Assembly (NCBI GenBank): GCA_964478705.1
Contig: CAYZIR010000002.1
Span: forward strand, 23,760 to 87,759
Length of the DNA stretch: 64,000 bases
Direction of reading: 5' to 3'
Source: an uncultured Candidatus Saccharibacteria bacterium
GTDB taxonomy: Bacteria; Patescibacteriota; Minisyncoccia; Phycocordibacterales; EsbW-18
Shown in pieces: positions 36,670 through 46,761 of this stretch. How positions within the stretch are numbered: position 1 is the first letter of the stretch; every line of letters begins with the position of its first letter. Under the pieces are notes generated by a model. The model was not told the origin of the DNA. It saw nothing but the letters and a program-made list of their open reading frames with translations, and did no database searches. Made by a program: the position numbers and the translations under genes.

Positions 36670-38055
36670 ATGACTGAGGGCACACAGGTAACCATGGAGT
36701 CAATCATCAGCCTCGCTAAGCGACGCGGGTTTGTGTATCCCGGCTCCGAGATTTATGGCGGAATGGCTGGAATGTATGACTTTGGCCCATACGGTGTTGA
36801 ACTCTTAAACAACATCAAAAAGGCTTGGTGGGAAGAACACGTTCAAAAACGTGACAACTACGTTGGTCTTGATTCGGCGATGTTTAAGGATCCGCGTGTT
36901 TGGGAAGCGTCTGGACACACCAGCGGTTTTTCTGACCCGCTCTCTGAGTGCAAAAAGTGCAACACCCGCATCCGTGTTGATAAAGAGTTGGAAAAGATAG
37001 GCGTTACCGCTGACGAAAAAATGACCGAGGCTCAACTGAACACGCTCTTTGACGAACACAAGACAAAAATAAAGTGTCCTAAGTGTGGAGCAAATGACTT
37101 CACACCCGTCCGTGCGTTTAACCTTTTGGTAAAGACAAACATGGGCGACTTCACCGGCAAGAACGAACAGCCGGTCTACCTCCCAGGAGAAGCGTGCCAG
37201 GGAATCTATTTGAACTTCAAAAACGTCGTGGACACCACACGCGTAAAGATTCCTTTTGGTATCGCACAAATTGGTAAGGCGTTCCGCAATGAAATCTCGC
37301 CACGCAACTTCTTGTTCCGCACGCGTGAGATGGAACAAGCCGATACACAATTTTTTGTTCGCCCGAATGAAAACAAAGAAGCATACGATCGCATCAAGAA
37401 CGAACGCTTTACCTGGTATATAAAAATGGGCATCCGAGAGGAGAATTTGCGTTGGAAACAGCACGAGAACCTCGTTTTTTACGCTTCTGATGCATGGGAT
37501 ATCGAATATAACTTCCCATCCTACGGCTTTGACGAGATGGAGGGTATCCACGACCGCACCGACTACGATCTGACCCAGCATATGAAGCATTCAGGAACCG
37601 ACCTGAACTATACGGACCCGCATACCGGAGAAAAATACATTCCATGGATCTTGGAAACATCGGTCGGGCTTGGACGCATGTTCCTTGCATTCATCTCTGA
37701 CGCGTACGCGGAAGAAGGTGTTGGTGAAGAGTCTCGTACGGTTCTGAAGCTTTCTCCAAAGCTTGCACCAATTAAAGCAGCGGTTTTCCCGCTCTTGAAG
37801 AATAAACCCGAGCTCGTCGAGAAGGCTCGCGCGGTATTCGATATGTTAAAAGAACGCGTTCGATGTGAATTCGACGACAACGGTAACATCGGCAAACGCT
37901 ATCGAAGGCAGGATGAGATAGGCACACCGCTCTGCATCACGATCGACTTCGACACGCTTGAAAACGACACCGTGACCGTTCGCGATCGCGACACCATGGA
38001 GCAGGCGCGTGTCCCTATCTCTGAGCTTCTCGCACGTGTTACCCGCGACCTCTAA
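36670..38055 (+). CDS. glyQS: glycyl-tRNA synthetase (alpha2 class II, archaeal/eukaryotic-like)
   Basis: SLAKRRGFVYPGSEIYGG N-terminus; TGCTATATT -10 element 6 nt upstream of the ATG. Confidence 0.85.
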   Translation: MTEGTQVTMESIISLAKRRGFVYPGSEIYGGMAGMYDFGPYGVELLNNIKKAWWEEHVQKRDNYVGLDSAMFKDPRVWEASGHTSGFSDPLSECKKCNTRIRVDKELEKIGVTADEKMTEAQLNTLFDEHKTKIKCPKCGANDFTPVRAFNLLVKTNMGDFTGKNEQPVYLPGEACQGIYLNFKNVVDTTRVKIPFGIAQIGKAFRNEISPRNFLFRTREMEQADTQFFVRPNENKEAYDRIKNERFTWYIKMGIREENLRWKQHENLVFYASDAWDIEYNFPSYGFDEMEGIHDRTDYDLTQHMKHSGTDLNYTDPHTGEKYIPWILETSVGLGRMFLAFISDAYAEEGVGEESRTVLKLSPKLAPIKAAVFPLLKNKPELVEKARAVFDMLKERVRCEFDDNGNIGKRYRRQDEIGTPLCITIDFDTLENDTVTVRDRDTMEQARVPISELLARVTRDL

Positions 38056-38059
38056 ATAT

Positions 38060-39007
38060 ATGTCTAAAAAAATCTTACTTTCAGGAATACAGCCGAGCGG
38101 TGTTTTGCACATCGGAAACTATTTTGGTGCGATGAAGCAGTTTGTTGATATGCAGGAAGACTACGAATCCTACATTTTTATCGCCAACTATCACGCGCTC
38201 ACAACACTTCAGGATGCCGAAAAGCTCTCACAGTACACACTTGATAGCGTGATTGACCACTTGGCGGTTGGTCTCGACCCGAAGAAGGCAACAATTTTCG
38301 TCCAGTCGGATGTTCCACAGGTCACCGAGCTCACGTGGATCTTCAATACGCTCATCACCGTGCCATACATGGAACGCGCGGTCGCTTTTAAAGACAAAGT
38401 CGCGAAGGGGATTGAACCGACCATGGGACTGTTTGACTATCCGGTCTTGATGGCCGCAGATATTCTCTTACCGTTGGCGGACATCATCCCGGTTGGTCAA
38501 GATCAAAAGCAACACGTCGAATACGCACGCGATATCGCACAGAAGTTCAACAACACGTTTGGTGAGGTATTTAAAATTCCTGAAGCAAAGATTTTACCTG
38601 AAGTCGCAACGGTGCCTGGCACTGACGGACAGAAGATGAGCAAGAGCTACGGCAATACGATTCCGCTCTTCTCCACACGCGAAGAAATCACCAAAGCGGT
38701 TATGTCGATCGTGACCGACTCATCGGGCGGTATCCCGGTGAACGTCTACAACCTCCACAAGTGCTTCCGCCCTGAAAGTGAATTAAAAGAGCTCTACGAA
38801 GCTAACAAGGGAAGCTACAAGACGCTCAAAGAGGCGTTGATTGAAGATATTGATGCGTTTATCGCACCACTTCGCGAACGCCGTGCAGAGATTGCACAGG
38901 ACAAAGATGCGGTTATCGCAATGCTCAAAGAAAACGGTGAGAAAGTTCGTGCTCGCGCAGAGAAGGTGATGGATGACGTGCGAAAGAAGACGGGGTTGAA
39001 GTTCTAA
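38060..39007 (+). CDS. trpS: tryptophanyl-tRNA synthetase
   Basis: HIGN variant and KMSKS motifs. Confidence 0.9.
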   Translation: MSKKILLSGIQPSGVLHIGNYFGAMKQFVDMQEDYESYIFIANYHALTTLQDAEKLSQYTLDSVIDHLAVGLDPKKATIFVQSDVPQVTELTWIFNTLITVPYMERAVAFKDKVAKGIEPTMGLFDYPVLMAADILLPLADIIPVGQDQKQHVEYARDIAQKFNNTFGEVFKIPEAKILPEVATVPGTDGQKMSKSYGNTIPLFSTREEITKAVMSIVTDSSGGIPVNVYNLHKCFRPESELKELYEANKGSYKTLKEALIEDIDAFIAPLRERRAEIAQDKDAVIAMLKENGEKVRARAEKVMDDVRKKTGLKF

Positions 39008-39010
39008 AAG

Positions 39011-39040
39011 AAAAAGACCGCGGGGTTCCGCGGTCTCGGC
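39011..39040. terminator. bidirectional terminator
   Basis: GACCGCGG-ggtt-CCGCGGTC; A-run on its left gives a U-run for the minus gene. Confidence 0.6.
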
Positions 39041-39094
39041 GTCAGGGCGCCATCGATTCTGCTCCTGCTAGGGGCGACTGCCTCGAAACTCACA

Positions 39095-39370
39095 CTAGCG
39101 ACTCCTCAACTTCTCAAGGTTTTCTACAAAAGTTCGGAGACCCTCAATCATCTCTCCGAGAAACTTGATAGAAAAACTTTGAGTGAAAGTTGCATTGGAG
39201 TATCGAATCCAGACGAAGGTCTCACCGTCCTCATAGAACAGTGCGTCCTCGCAGAATGCGTACTCGATGATGTCCTCGGTGGTAGCCGAGTACAAATCAT
39301 CTCGCTCGAGCACCACTACTGAGCTGATATCAGCCCGAGAGGGTAGCCACTGTGGGATTTCAGAGTACAT
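39095..39370 (-). CDS. hypothetical protein
   Basis: GGAGG SD; TTGACA -35 upstream on the minus strand. Confidence 0.45.
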   Translation of the reverse strand: MYSEIPQWLPSRADISSVVVLERDDLYSATTEDIIEYAFCEDALFYEDGETFVWIRYSNATFTQSFSIKFLGEMIEGLRTFVENLEKLRSR

Positions 39371-39489
39371 ATCGTCCTCCTAGCTCGTATCGAGCCAGAG
39401 AACTAATCTGTTCGGCGTAGGCCGATACGATTCCTTTTATATCGTATCATTTAAATTATATTTGTCAATTCATAAAAAACGTGCTTCAT

Positions 39490-39745
39490 GTGATATGTTT
39501 TATGAGTAAAGACACCGACGCCGATGACACGGCCGAGTTGGGGAAAGAACCCTCGAAAGAGGTAGTAGAATCTCCCGGGGATGCCCGTAATAGCTGTAAT
39601 GAAGATCCTCCTACGCCAAGGCTTCGGAGGATGCAGTAAGGTGGTACCGCGCTTGGTCTTCCGAAGCCGTTTGAGGCGAAGGAGACACCACAATCGCCCT
39701 TACAAAAGTCACTGACTATTCGGTGGTTTTTGTAAGGGCTATTTT
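39490..39745 (+). promoter_or_regulatory. T-box riboswitch-like leader
   Basis: AGUAAGGUGGUACCGCG at 39635-39651 matches the T-box consensus; GUAAGG pairs with CCUUAC at 39688-93, which is also part of terminator stem CCCTTACAAAA/TTTTGTAAGGG + TATTTTTGTTT (39683-39750); GAC Asp codons followed by A in a 5' stem-loop. Confidence 0.5.
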
Positions 39746-39750
39746 TGTTT

Positions 39751-40059
39751 ATGAAACCAGACACAGTATCATTCATCTATCGATGGCAAATTCCACCCGA
39801 CCTTCACGAGAGCTTCTTACAACAATGGGAAGAACTCTCAAAAATAAACGTCGAGAAATATGGCCTGATAGATGCAAATCTCTATCGCATCGAACCAGAT
39901 AATTTCGTTTCAGTGACACAATGGCCTGATGAAGAAAGTTGGAAAAAATGGAAGGAAAATGATGCGAATCATGAATACCGAGAACGATGGAGACCGTATC
40001 GCATAGCAGGACCAGAACAAATGAGCAGTATTGTTAAAATAGCTAACATTAAACCATGA
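39751..40059 (+). CDS. small ABM/Dabb-like protein (putative monooxygenase fold)
   Basis: 102-aa ORF right after the T-box terminator, overlapping the aspS start by 4 nt. Confidence 0.4.
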   Translation: MKPDTVSFIYRWQIPPDLHESFLQQWEELSKINVEKYGLIDANLYRIEPDNFVSVTQWPDEESWKKWKENDANHEYRERWRPYRIAGPEQMSSIVKIANIKP

Positions 40060-41462
40060 ACCCACGCACACTCATCAAAGATCTCTCAGACCATGTTGGT
40101 AAAGAAGTATATTTTTCTGGATTCGTTCACGCGCGTCGTGACCATGGAAAAATTGTTTTCTTCGATATGCGCGACGAGACAGGGCACGTACAGACTGTTA
40201 TCTCAAGCAAAAATGAAGCTGTGTTCGCGTCAATCAACGATGTGCGCAGTGAGTGGGTACTTACGATCAAAGGTTTGGTTAAAGCGCGTCCGGAAAAGCT
40301 CGTGAACGTTGATGAGGCGAATGGTGGCATCGAGGTTGAAGCGCTTGAAGTGGAAGTGTTGAACAAAGCGAACACACCACCATTTGACCCGACAGCGGAC
40401 ACCGCAGGTATCAACGAGGAAACCCGTCTCCAGTATCGCTACATTGACCTTCGTTCGGAGCGTATGCAAAAGAATATTCGATTGCGAAGCGAGTGGGTGC
40501 GTCGCTGCCGTGACTACCTCTTCGGCGAGCGATTTGTCGAGATTGAAACACCGCTCCTCACACAATCAACGCCTGAAGGTTCACGCGACTTCATCATCCC
40601 ATCACGCCACAACCCCGGCACCTTCTACGCGCTTCCGCAGTCACCTCAGCAATACAAGCAACTCCTCATGGCATCAGGCTTCGAGCGATACTTCCAAGTC
40701 GCACGCTGTGTACGCGACGAAGACCTCCGTGCTGACCGTGGCTATGAATTCACACAAATCGACCTCGAGATGGCGTTCGTGACCAAAGAGGATGTCATGC
40801 AGACGGTTGAAGCAATGGTGACCTCTGCTGCAGAAGCGATGGGCTTCACTATCAAGGAAAAGCCATTCCCACGCATTTCATACAAAGACGCAATGGCGAA
40901 GTACGGTGCAGACAAATTCGATATGCGCACTGAAGAAGACAAAGCAAACGGCGTCCTCGCATACGCGTGGGTTGTTGATTTCCCATTCTTCGAGAAGACC
41001 GACGAAGGGAAGTGGACGTTCACCCACAATCCATTCTCGATGCCAGCTCCAGAGCACCTCGAGTGGCACATGAAGGGCGAGCATCTTGAAGACATCATCA
41101 CCCAGCAGTACGACCTAGTATGCAACGGCTTTGAGTCAGGCGGGGGAAGCATCCGTGCGCACCAGCCAGAAATCTTACGCGCTACCTACAAGAACATGGG
41201 CTACACAGACCTCGAAATTGAAGAAAGTGTCGGCCATATGCTCGAAGCGTTCGGGTATGGTGTTCCACCGCACGGCGGTATCGCGCTTGGTGTTGAGCGA
41301 AACATCATGAACCTTTCGGGAGAATCATACCTCCGTGAAGTACAGCCATTCCCGATGACCGGACGTGGCAAGACCGCAATCATGAACGCACCAACACCGG
41401 CAACACCGGAACAATTGAAAGAACTCGGCCTCTTGGTCGTGAAGAAAGAAGAGAAGAAATAA
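40056..41462 (+). CDS. aspS: aspartyl-tRNA synthetase (short archaeal-type)
   Basis: OB-fold N-terminus; class II motifs (FQVARCVRDEDLRADR, GGGSIRAH). Confidence 0.9.
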   Translation: MNPRTLIKDLSDHVGKEVYFSGFVHARRDHGKIVFFDMRDETGHVQTVISSKNEAVFASINDVRSEWVLTIKGLVKARPEKLVNVDEANGGIEVEALEVEVLNKANTPPFDPTADTAGINEETRLQYRYIDLRSERMQKNIRLRSEWVRRCRDYLFGERFVEIETPLLTQSTPEGSRDFIIPSRHNPGTFYALPQSPQQYKQLLMASGFERYFQVARCVRDEDLRADRGYEFTQIDLEMAFVTKEDVMQTVEAMVTSAAEAMGFTIKEKPFPRISYKDAMAKYGADKFDMRTEEDKANGVLAYAWVVDFPFFEKTDEGKWTFTHNPFSMPAPEHLEWHMKGEHLEDIITQQYDLVCNGFESGGGSIRAHQPEILRATYKNMGYTDLEIEESVGHMLEAFGYGVPPHGGIALGVERNIMNLSGESYLREVQPFPMTGRGKTAIMNAPTPATPEQLKELGLLVVKKEEKK

Positions 41463-41466
41463 ACCT

Positions 41467-41727
41467 ATGCGTAAAGCCTTTGGTTGTATCTTGGGGAGTT
41501 TGACGATACTCTGTGCGATTGTTCTTGTTCTACTCTCCTTCAGCGTCTATGAAAGAAAGCTTTATTATGACAAAGGAGTTGTCGGACCACGTGTAGAAGT
41601 TGGTGGCACTGATCTTTCGGTACGCCAAGAGTGTCTGACAAGAAACCGAATCCCTTGGGAAATTGACGACGGAATTCTCTATGTCAGTGAACAAGATTTT
41701 GACAGTGTGATCAGCGCATGCGCATAA
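41467..41727 (+). CDS. hypothetical small membrane protein
   Basis: 86 aa with an N-terminal TM helix. Confidence 0.4.
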   Translation: MRKAFGCILGSLTILCAIVLVLLSFSVYERKLYYDKGVVGPRVEVGGTDLSVRQECLTRNRIPWEIDDGILYVSEQDFDSVISACA

Positions 41728-41757
41728 TTCTCTTTATTCCTAGGGTATAATAAGACA

Positions 41758-42510
41758 ATGAGTTTCGCAGTCAAAACTCCTGTCTTTGAAGGTCCGCTTG
41801 ATCTGTTGCTTTCGCTTATCGAAAAACGGAAGCTTTTGATCAACGACGTGTCGCTCGCATCCGTTGCGGACGATTATATGGCACACCTCCAAACGACTGA
41901 GAAGTTCCCGACACACGATGTCGCTCAATTTGTGCTCATTGCTTCAACCTTGGTGTTGATTAAGTCACGCTCGTTGCTACCAGAATTCATCTTAAGTAGC
42001 GAAGAAGAATCGGATGTGAAGGAGCTCGAACGACGATTACAGATGTATAAAATCATTCAAGAAGCGTCCCAGAGTCTTCGTGTTCGATTTGGCAAAGCCG
42101 TGTTGCATGAGAGCGTGCGTTCCGCATCAATGGATACGATGATATTTGCTCCGCATGCGGGCATCACACAAAGCGCACTACGAACCGCGGTCGATTGGAT
42201 TATCGCGCGATTTCCAAAAGTTGAAGCACTCAAGAAGACCGTCGTCGAAAAAATCATGAGTCTTGAAGACATGATGACAACATTGTCTGGCCGTATCCGC
42301 TCAGCGATCAAACTTCGCTTCAGTGACTTTGCAAAATCAGCATCAGCGCATGGAAAAACAGAACGGGAAGTGAAGGTGAACACCATCGTCTCATTTTTGG
42401 CGATGCTCGAATTGGTGAAGCAGGGTATACTGATGGTCGAACAGCGCGGTCTTTTTGCCGATATCGATATGGAACCGCACGCTGTCGCAACGCCGGACTA
42501 TTCTTCCTAA
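41758..42510 (+). CDS. scpA: segregation and condensation protein A
   Basis: FEGPLDLLLSLIEKRKL N-terminus; TATAAT 6 nt before the ATG. Confidence 0.8.
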   Translation: MSFAVKTPVFEGPLDLLLSLIEKRKLLINDVSLASVADDYMAHLQTTEKFPTHDVAQFVLIASTLVLIKSRSLLPEFILSSEEESDVKELERRLQMYKIIQEASQSLRVRFGKAVLHESVRSASMDTMIFAPHAGITQSALRTAVDWIIARFPKVEALKKTVVEKIMSLEDMMTTLSGRIRSAIKLRFSDFAKSASAHGKTEREVKVNTIVSFLAMLELVKQGILMVEQRGLFADIDMEPHAVATPDYSS

Positions 42511-42512
42511 CA

Positions 42513-43100
42513 ATGAATCTCTCAAACACCATCGAATCAATACTTTTTTTCAAGGGTGAGCCACTTTCTATCAAAGAGTTGGCGAAGCTTTCAGGCGCAT
42601 CACCTGAAGAGGTTCGAAATGCACTCACTACATTAGGAGAGAGTCTTACGGGACGGGGGGTTGTTCTCGTACAAACCGATGACGAGGTGGCTCTTCGCAC
42701 AGCGCCTGAGAGTGCAGAACTTATTGAGCAACTGCGCAAAGACGAGCTTGAGAAGGATATCGGAAAGGCTGGCCTTGAGACGCTCGCAGTCGTTCTCTAT
42801 CAAGGCCCGGTGACCCGCGCGCACATCGACCACGTACGCGGTGTGAACTCAGCATTCATTGTTCGAAATCTTATGATTCGTGGACTGATTGAACGCGTTG
42901 ACAACCCACACGATCAGCGAAGTTTCCTTTACAAACCAACGCTCGAATTGTTATCGTTTCTAGGCGTCCCTTCGCGCGAAGCACTTCCTGATTGGGAGCA
43001 TGTCCGTAACGCGCTTGGAGCACTTGATGCCGTACCAATAGAAAACGATACACCTAATGCCACCACTACAGCAGACACCACAACCGGAGGAGCGGAATAA
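42513..43100 (+). CDS. scpB: segregation and condensation protein B
   Basis: Tandem wHTH, ESILFFKGEPLSIKEL. Confidence 0.8.
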   Translation: MNLSNTIESILFFKGEPLSIKELAKLSGASPEEVRNALTTLGESLTGRGVVLVQTDDEVALRTAPESAELIEQLRKDELEKDIGKAGLETLAVVLYQGPVTRAHIDHVRGVNSAFIVRNLMIRGLIERVDNPHDQRSFLYKPTLELLSFLGVPSREALPDWEHVRNALGALDAVPIENDTPNATTTADTTTGGAE

Positions 43101-43992
43101 TACAGCGCTCATTTTAACTGGACTCTTATGTATCCTTCTCATCGGAGCAGGGGTCTATTTTTCAACGTACCGACGAAGCGGTCGTACCGATATCCCCGCA
43201 GAAACAAATTCATCGACAGTGACCGATACCAAATGGGACACACTGACGCTTGAAGCACAGGCGGTGTATGTGCTCGATGCGCGAAATCGAGAGCCATTAT
43301 TTGCAAAAAACAGCGACACACCTCTCCCATTGGCATCACTCACGAAGCTACTCACCGCACTCGTCGCTCTTACCACGCTCCCTGAAGATACCCTTGTCAC
43401 AATCGATGCATCATCGCTTCTCACCGAAGGGGACAGTGGACTTGTGGCAGGAGAAACATTCGCACTCAACGATTTGGTTGCGTTCATGCTTGTGGTTTCA
43501 TCGAATGACGCTGCAACAGCACTGCGCCATGCATATGAATCGAAAACCGGTGGTTCTTTTATAACCGCAATGAATGCTGAAAGTGAGCGCTTGGGACTCT
43601 CGTTAAGCTTCCAAAATGAAACAGGGCTCGATGTCGGAGAGATTCCAGCAAATATGGGAAGTGCCCGCGATGTTGCTTTTTTGATGGCAGAAACACTTCG
43701 TCGAATACCCGATGCGCTCGATGCAAGTCGAAACGATTCATTTGTGCTGATCTCACGGGAGGGGAATCGACACGCTGTTAAAAGTACCAACATGATTGCC
43801 AACGATATTCCATGGTCACTCGGCGCAAAAACTGGCTTCACTGACAGCGCGGGAGGCAATCTTGCAATCTCACTTGATACATCAATCGGGTATCCTGTCG
43901 TTATCGTCGTACTTGGCTCAAGTAAGGAGGGGCGTTTCAGTGATGTAACGCAACTCGTTAACGCGACTCTTCACGGTGCGAGCCAAAAATAA
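43057..43992 (+). CDS. D-alanyl-D-alanine carboxypeptidase (S11, PBP5/6-like)
   Basis: SxxK (ASLTK), SxN (SSND) and KTG motifs; N-terminal TM helix. Confidence 0.75.
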   Translation: MPPLQQTPQPEERNNTALILTGLLCILLIGAGVYFSTYRRSGRTDIPAETNSSTVTDTKWDTLTLEAQAVYVLDARNREPLFAKNSDTPLPLASLTKLLTALVALTTLPEDTLVTIDASSLLTEGDSGLVAGETFALNDLVAFMLVVSSNDAATALRHAYESKTGGSFITAMNAESERLGLSLSFQNETGLDVGEIPANMGSARDVAFLMAETLRRIPDALDASRNDSFVLISREGNRHAVKSTNMIANDIPWSLGAKTGFTDSAGGNLAISLDTSIGYPVVIVVLGSSKEGRFSDVTQLVNATLHGASQK

Positions 43993-44013
43993 AGTGCTAC
44001 ACTACTCATATCT

Positions 44014-45078
44014 ATGGAGCTGGATATCGTTAAAGTCATCGCACCGGCAACAGTCTCGTTTATTGTTGGTATTGGCATAACGCCACTCGTTACACACTAT
44101 CTCTACAAATACCGAGCATGGAAAAAACGTGCGGGAAACACGAAGGGGGTCGGTGATATCGAAGGGGTATCAGGGACGCCAATTTTTAACGAATTGCACA
44201 AAGATAAAGAAGTTGGGACGCCACGTATGGGAGGGCTGGTGGTGGTTATCGCTGTCACCGTCACTATTGCGCTCTTTTGGTTGATATCGTTTATCACATC
44301 GGGCGGTCCATCAGGAAAAATCGACTTCCTTTCCCGCGCTCAAACATGGCTTCCATTCGCCGGCTTTATTCTTGGCGCAATTGTTGGCTTCATTGAAGAT
44401 CTTGTGGTCATTGGTGTCTCACGACGTTTTCCTGACGGTCTACCATTTTCATATCGTGCCGCACCGATACTTCTTTTTGGTGTTTTTGTTGCATGGTGGT
44501 TTTATGCAAAGCTCGGCATGACAGCCGTTTTCGTCCCATTGTATGGTTTTTTTGATCTCGGCATCTGGTTTATTCCGTTCTTTCTTTTTGTTCTTCTCTC
44601 AATTCTTGCATCTGGCGTCATCGACGGTATCGACGGTCTTGCGGGTGGTGTACTTGCGATTGTATTTTCTGCGATTGGTATCATTGCGTTTTTTGGAGCA
44701 CACATCGATGCATCAGCGTTTTCGTTTGTAATCGCTGGAGGACTTCTCGCATTCTTATGGTTCAATATTCCGCCCGCTCGCTTCTATCTGACCGAAACAG
44801 GATTCATTGCGCTTGCTCTTGCACTCACTATTCTTGCGTTTTTAACTGATACAGTCGTTCTCCTTCCAATTATTGCATTCATCCAATTCATCACTGTCGT
44901 CACCAACGTACTCCAGGTTGCATCGAAAAAACTCCGCGGAAAAAAGATATTCCGTATCGCACCAATTCATCACCATTTTGAAGCTATCGGTTGGCCTTCC
45001 TACAAAGTTGTAATGCGCTATTGGGTCATCTCAGTCATCTGCGCATTCATCGGTGTTATTATTGCGCTCGTCGGGTGA
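44014..45078 (+). CDS. mraY: phospho-N-acetylmuramoyl-pentapeptide transferase
   Basis: Ten-TM polyprenyl-phosphate transferase with a DGIDGLAGG motif; TGCTACACT 10 nt upstream. Confidence 0.85.
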   Translation: MELDIVKVIAPATVSFIVGIGITPLVTHYLYKYRAWKKRAGNTKGVGDIEGVSGTPIFNELHKDKEVGTPRMGGLVVVIAVTVTIALFWLISFITSGGPSGKIDFLSRAQTWLPFAGFILGAIVGFIEDLVVIGVSRRFPDGLPFSYRAAPILLFGVFVAWWFYAKLGMTAVFVPLYGFFDLGIWFIPFFLFVLLSILASGVIDGIDGLAGGVLAIVFSAIGIIAFFGAHIDASAFSFVIAGGLLAFLWFNIPPARFYLTETGFIALALALTILAFLTDTVVLLPIIAFIQFITVVTNVLQVASKKLRGKKIFRIAPIHHHFEAIGWPSYKVVMRYWVISVICAFIGVIIALVG

Positions 45079-45092
45079 TTGCCTCCTGTTCT

Positions 45093-46205
45093 ATGCGAAA
45101 AAAAATCGATTCTGTCTTTCTCACCATTACACTCTTGCTCACCGGTGTCGGTTTTTTCATTTTTATCTCAGCACTCCTAGGACTCCTTGCGCGTGAAGGG
45201 GGACGATTCTCAGGACTTGCCATCAACCAAGGGCTTTCACTTCTTATCGGACTCGTGCTTTTGTACGCCATGTACCGCATCAAATACACGGTATGGAATA
45301 GATATGCGTTTTATGTTTTTCTTGGAAGCGTCTTGGCGTGTGCGCTCGTCTTCATCCCTTTTTTCGGCTTTGAGCATGGTGGCGCTCGTCGATGGATTGT
45401 TGTCGGAGGGTTTTCATTTCAACCTGCTGAACTTTTGAAATTTGGTTTCGTGCTTTACCTTGCGGCGTGGTATGCGATGGTCAAAACAAAAATTGCGACA
45501 TGGGTGTACGGCATAGGGCCACTCGCAGGACTTCTCGGAATTTCGCTCGTCATGCTCGCTCTGCAACCTGACTTTGGAACAGCTATCATTCTCTCGATTA
45601 CTGGGCTCGTTATGTACTTTGTCGCTGGAGGTGGATGGAAGCATACCGGAGCAATCATTGGTGCAGGATTACTCTTTGTCACACTTCTTGGACTATTCGT
45701 GCCATACATCAAAGACCGCGTGCTTACCTTCGCTGACCCCTCTCGTGATCCACAAGGCGCAGGCTATCAAATCCAACAGTCACTGATTGCAATCGGTTCG
45801 GGCGAAATCGCTGGTAGGGGATTCGGCCAGAGTATTCAGAAATTCAATTTTCTTCCTGAGCCGATTGGTGACTCGATTTTTGCGGTCTTCGCCGAAGAGT
45901 GGGGATTTATTGGAAGCGCCCTCTTGATTGCACTCTTTCTCTCGTTTCTTTTGCGAGGGTATAGAATTGCCCAAGAAGCGCCCAATCAGTTTTCACGCTT
46001 AGTGGTGATTGGTTTTGTTACCATGATTGTCACGCAATCATTCGTGAACATTGCATCAATGCTTGGCATCTTTCCTTTGACAGGGGATCCATTGGTATTC
46101 GTCAGTCAGGGAGGATCATCGCTCATCATGGCGCTCACCGCCTCTGGCATCATTCTTAATATTTCAGGATATACCAAATCTCCAGATCCATTTACTGCAA
46201 GATAA
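45093..46205 (+). CDS. ftsW: SEDS-family peptidoglycan polymerase (FtsW/RodA)
   Basis: Multi-TM protein with SEDS conserved blocks; start trimmed to the ATG after the mraY stop. Confidence 0.8.
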   Translation: MRKKIDSVFLTITLLLTGVGFFIFISALLGLLAREGGRFSGLAINQGLSLLIGLVLLYAMYRIKYTVWNRYAFYVFLGSVLACALVFIPFFGFEHGGARRWIVVGGFSFQPAELLKFGFVLYLAAWYAMVKTKIATWVYGIGPLAGLLGISLVMLALQPDFGTAIILSITGLVMYFVAGGGWKHTGAIIGAGLLFVTLLGLFVPYIKDRVLTFADPSRDPQGAGYQIQQSLIAIGSGEIAGRGFGQSIQKFNFLPEPIGDSIFAVFAEEWGFIGSALLIALFLSFLLRGYRIAQEAPNQFSRLVVIGFVTMIVTQSFVNIASMLGIFPLTGDPLVFVSQGGSSLIMALTASGIILNISGYTKSPDPFTAR

Positions 46206-46209
46206 GTCT

Positions 46210-46737
46210 ATGAAAAAAGTTCTTCTTTTCCCTGGGGCATTCAATCCACCTCACCTAGGACATGTAGCGATTCTTGAGCTGGCACTTAAAAGTGAATCGT
46301 TCGACGAAATTTGGATCATTCCATCAGGAAACCGGGATGATAAGGTCATTTCAACAACCTACGAGAATCGCCGTAATCTTGGTAATCTTTTTACCAAATT
46401 TCTTCAAACAAAGATTTCTACACCAATCAAATTGGTGACTGATGAGCTTGATGACACAACCGGTAGATACACACAAGAAATATTAGGAGAGATCAAATCA
46501 CGACGCGATATACAAACGATACAACTTATCGGATCTGACGGCATGTCGAAGCTTCAAGAGTCACCTAATGAGGAACTAAACACGAAAGACTTTATTGTGG
46601 TACCACGAGATGCCACAAATATCTCAAGTACTCAAATACGCGCCATGATAGAAAAAGGGGATGTGGGTTATCGAAATCTTGTTCCTGAGGAGATCGCCGA
46701 CTATATTAAGATACACGGACTGTACCAGACGAAATAA
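46210..46737 (+). CDS. nadD: nicotinate-nucleotide adenylyltransferase
   Basis: GAFNPPHLGH (HxGH) motif. Confidence 0.8.
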   Translation: MKKVLLFPGAFNPPHLGHVAILELALKSESFDEIWIIPSGNRDDKVISTTYENRRNLGNLFTKFLQTKISTPIKLVTDELDDTTGRYTQEILGEIKSRRDIQTIQLIGSDGMSKLQESPNEELNTKDFIVVPRDATNISSTQIRAMIEKGDVGYRNLVPEEIADYIKIHGLYQTK

Positions 46738-46761
46738 GCTCTTTTTGCTACACTGTATCGT

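Noticed and set aside
36401-36673. 90-aa + strand ORF upstream of glyQS
   Set aside because: It runs through a terminator U-tract and the glyQS promoter, with no motifs. The region is more plausibly non-coding.
39451-39776. Minus-strand ORFs of 80 and 96 aa
   Set aside because: They lie over the T-box-like leader and have no SD, promoter or motifs. The region is better explained as a structured RNA leader on the + strand.
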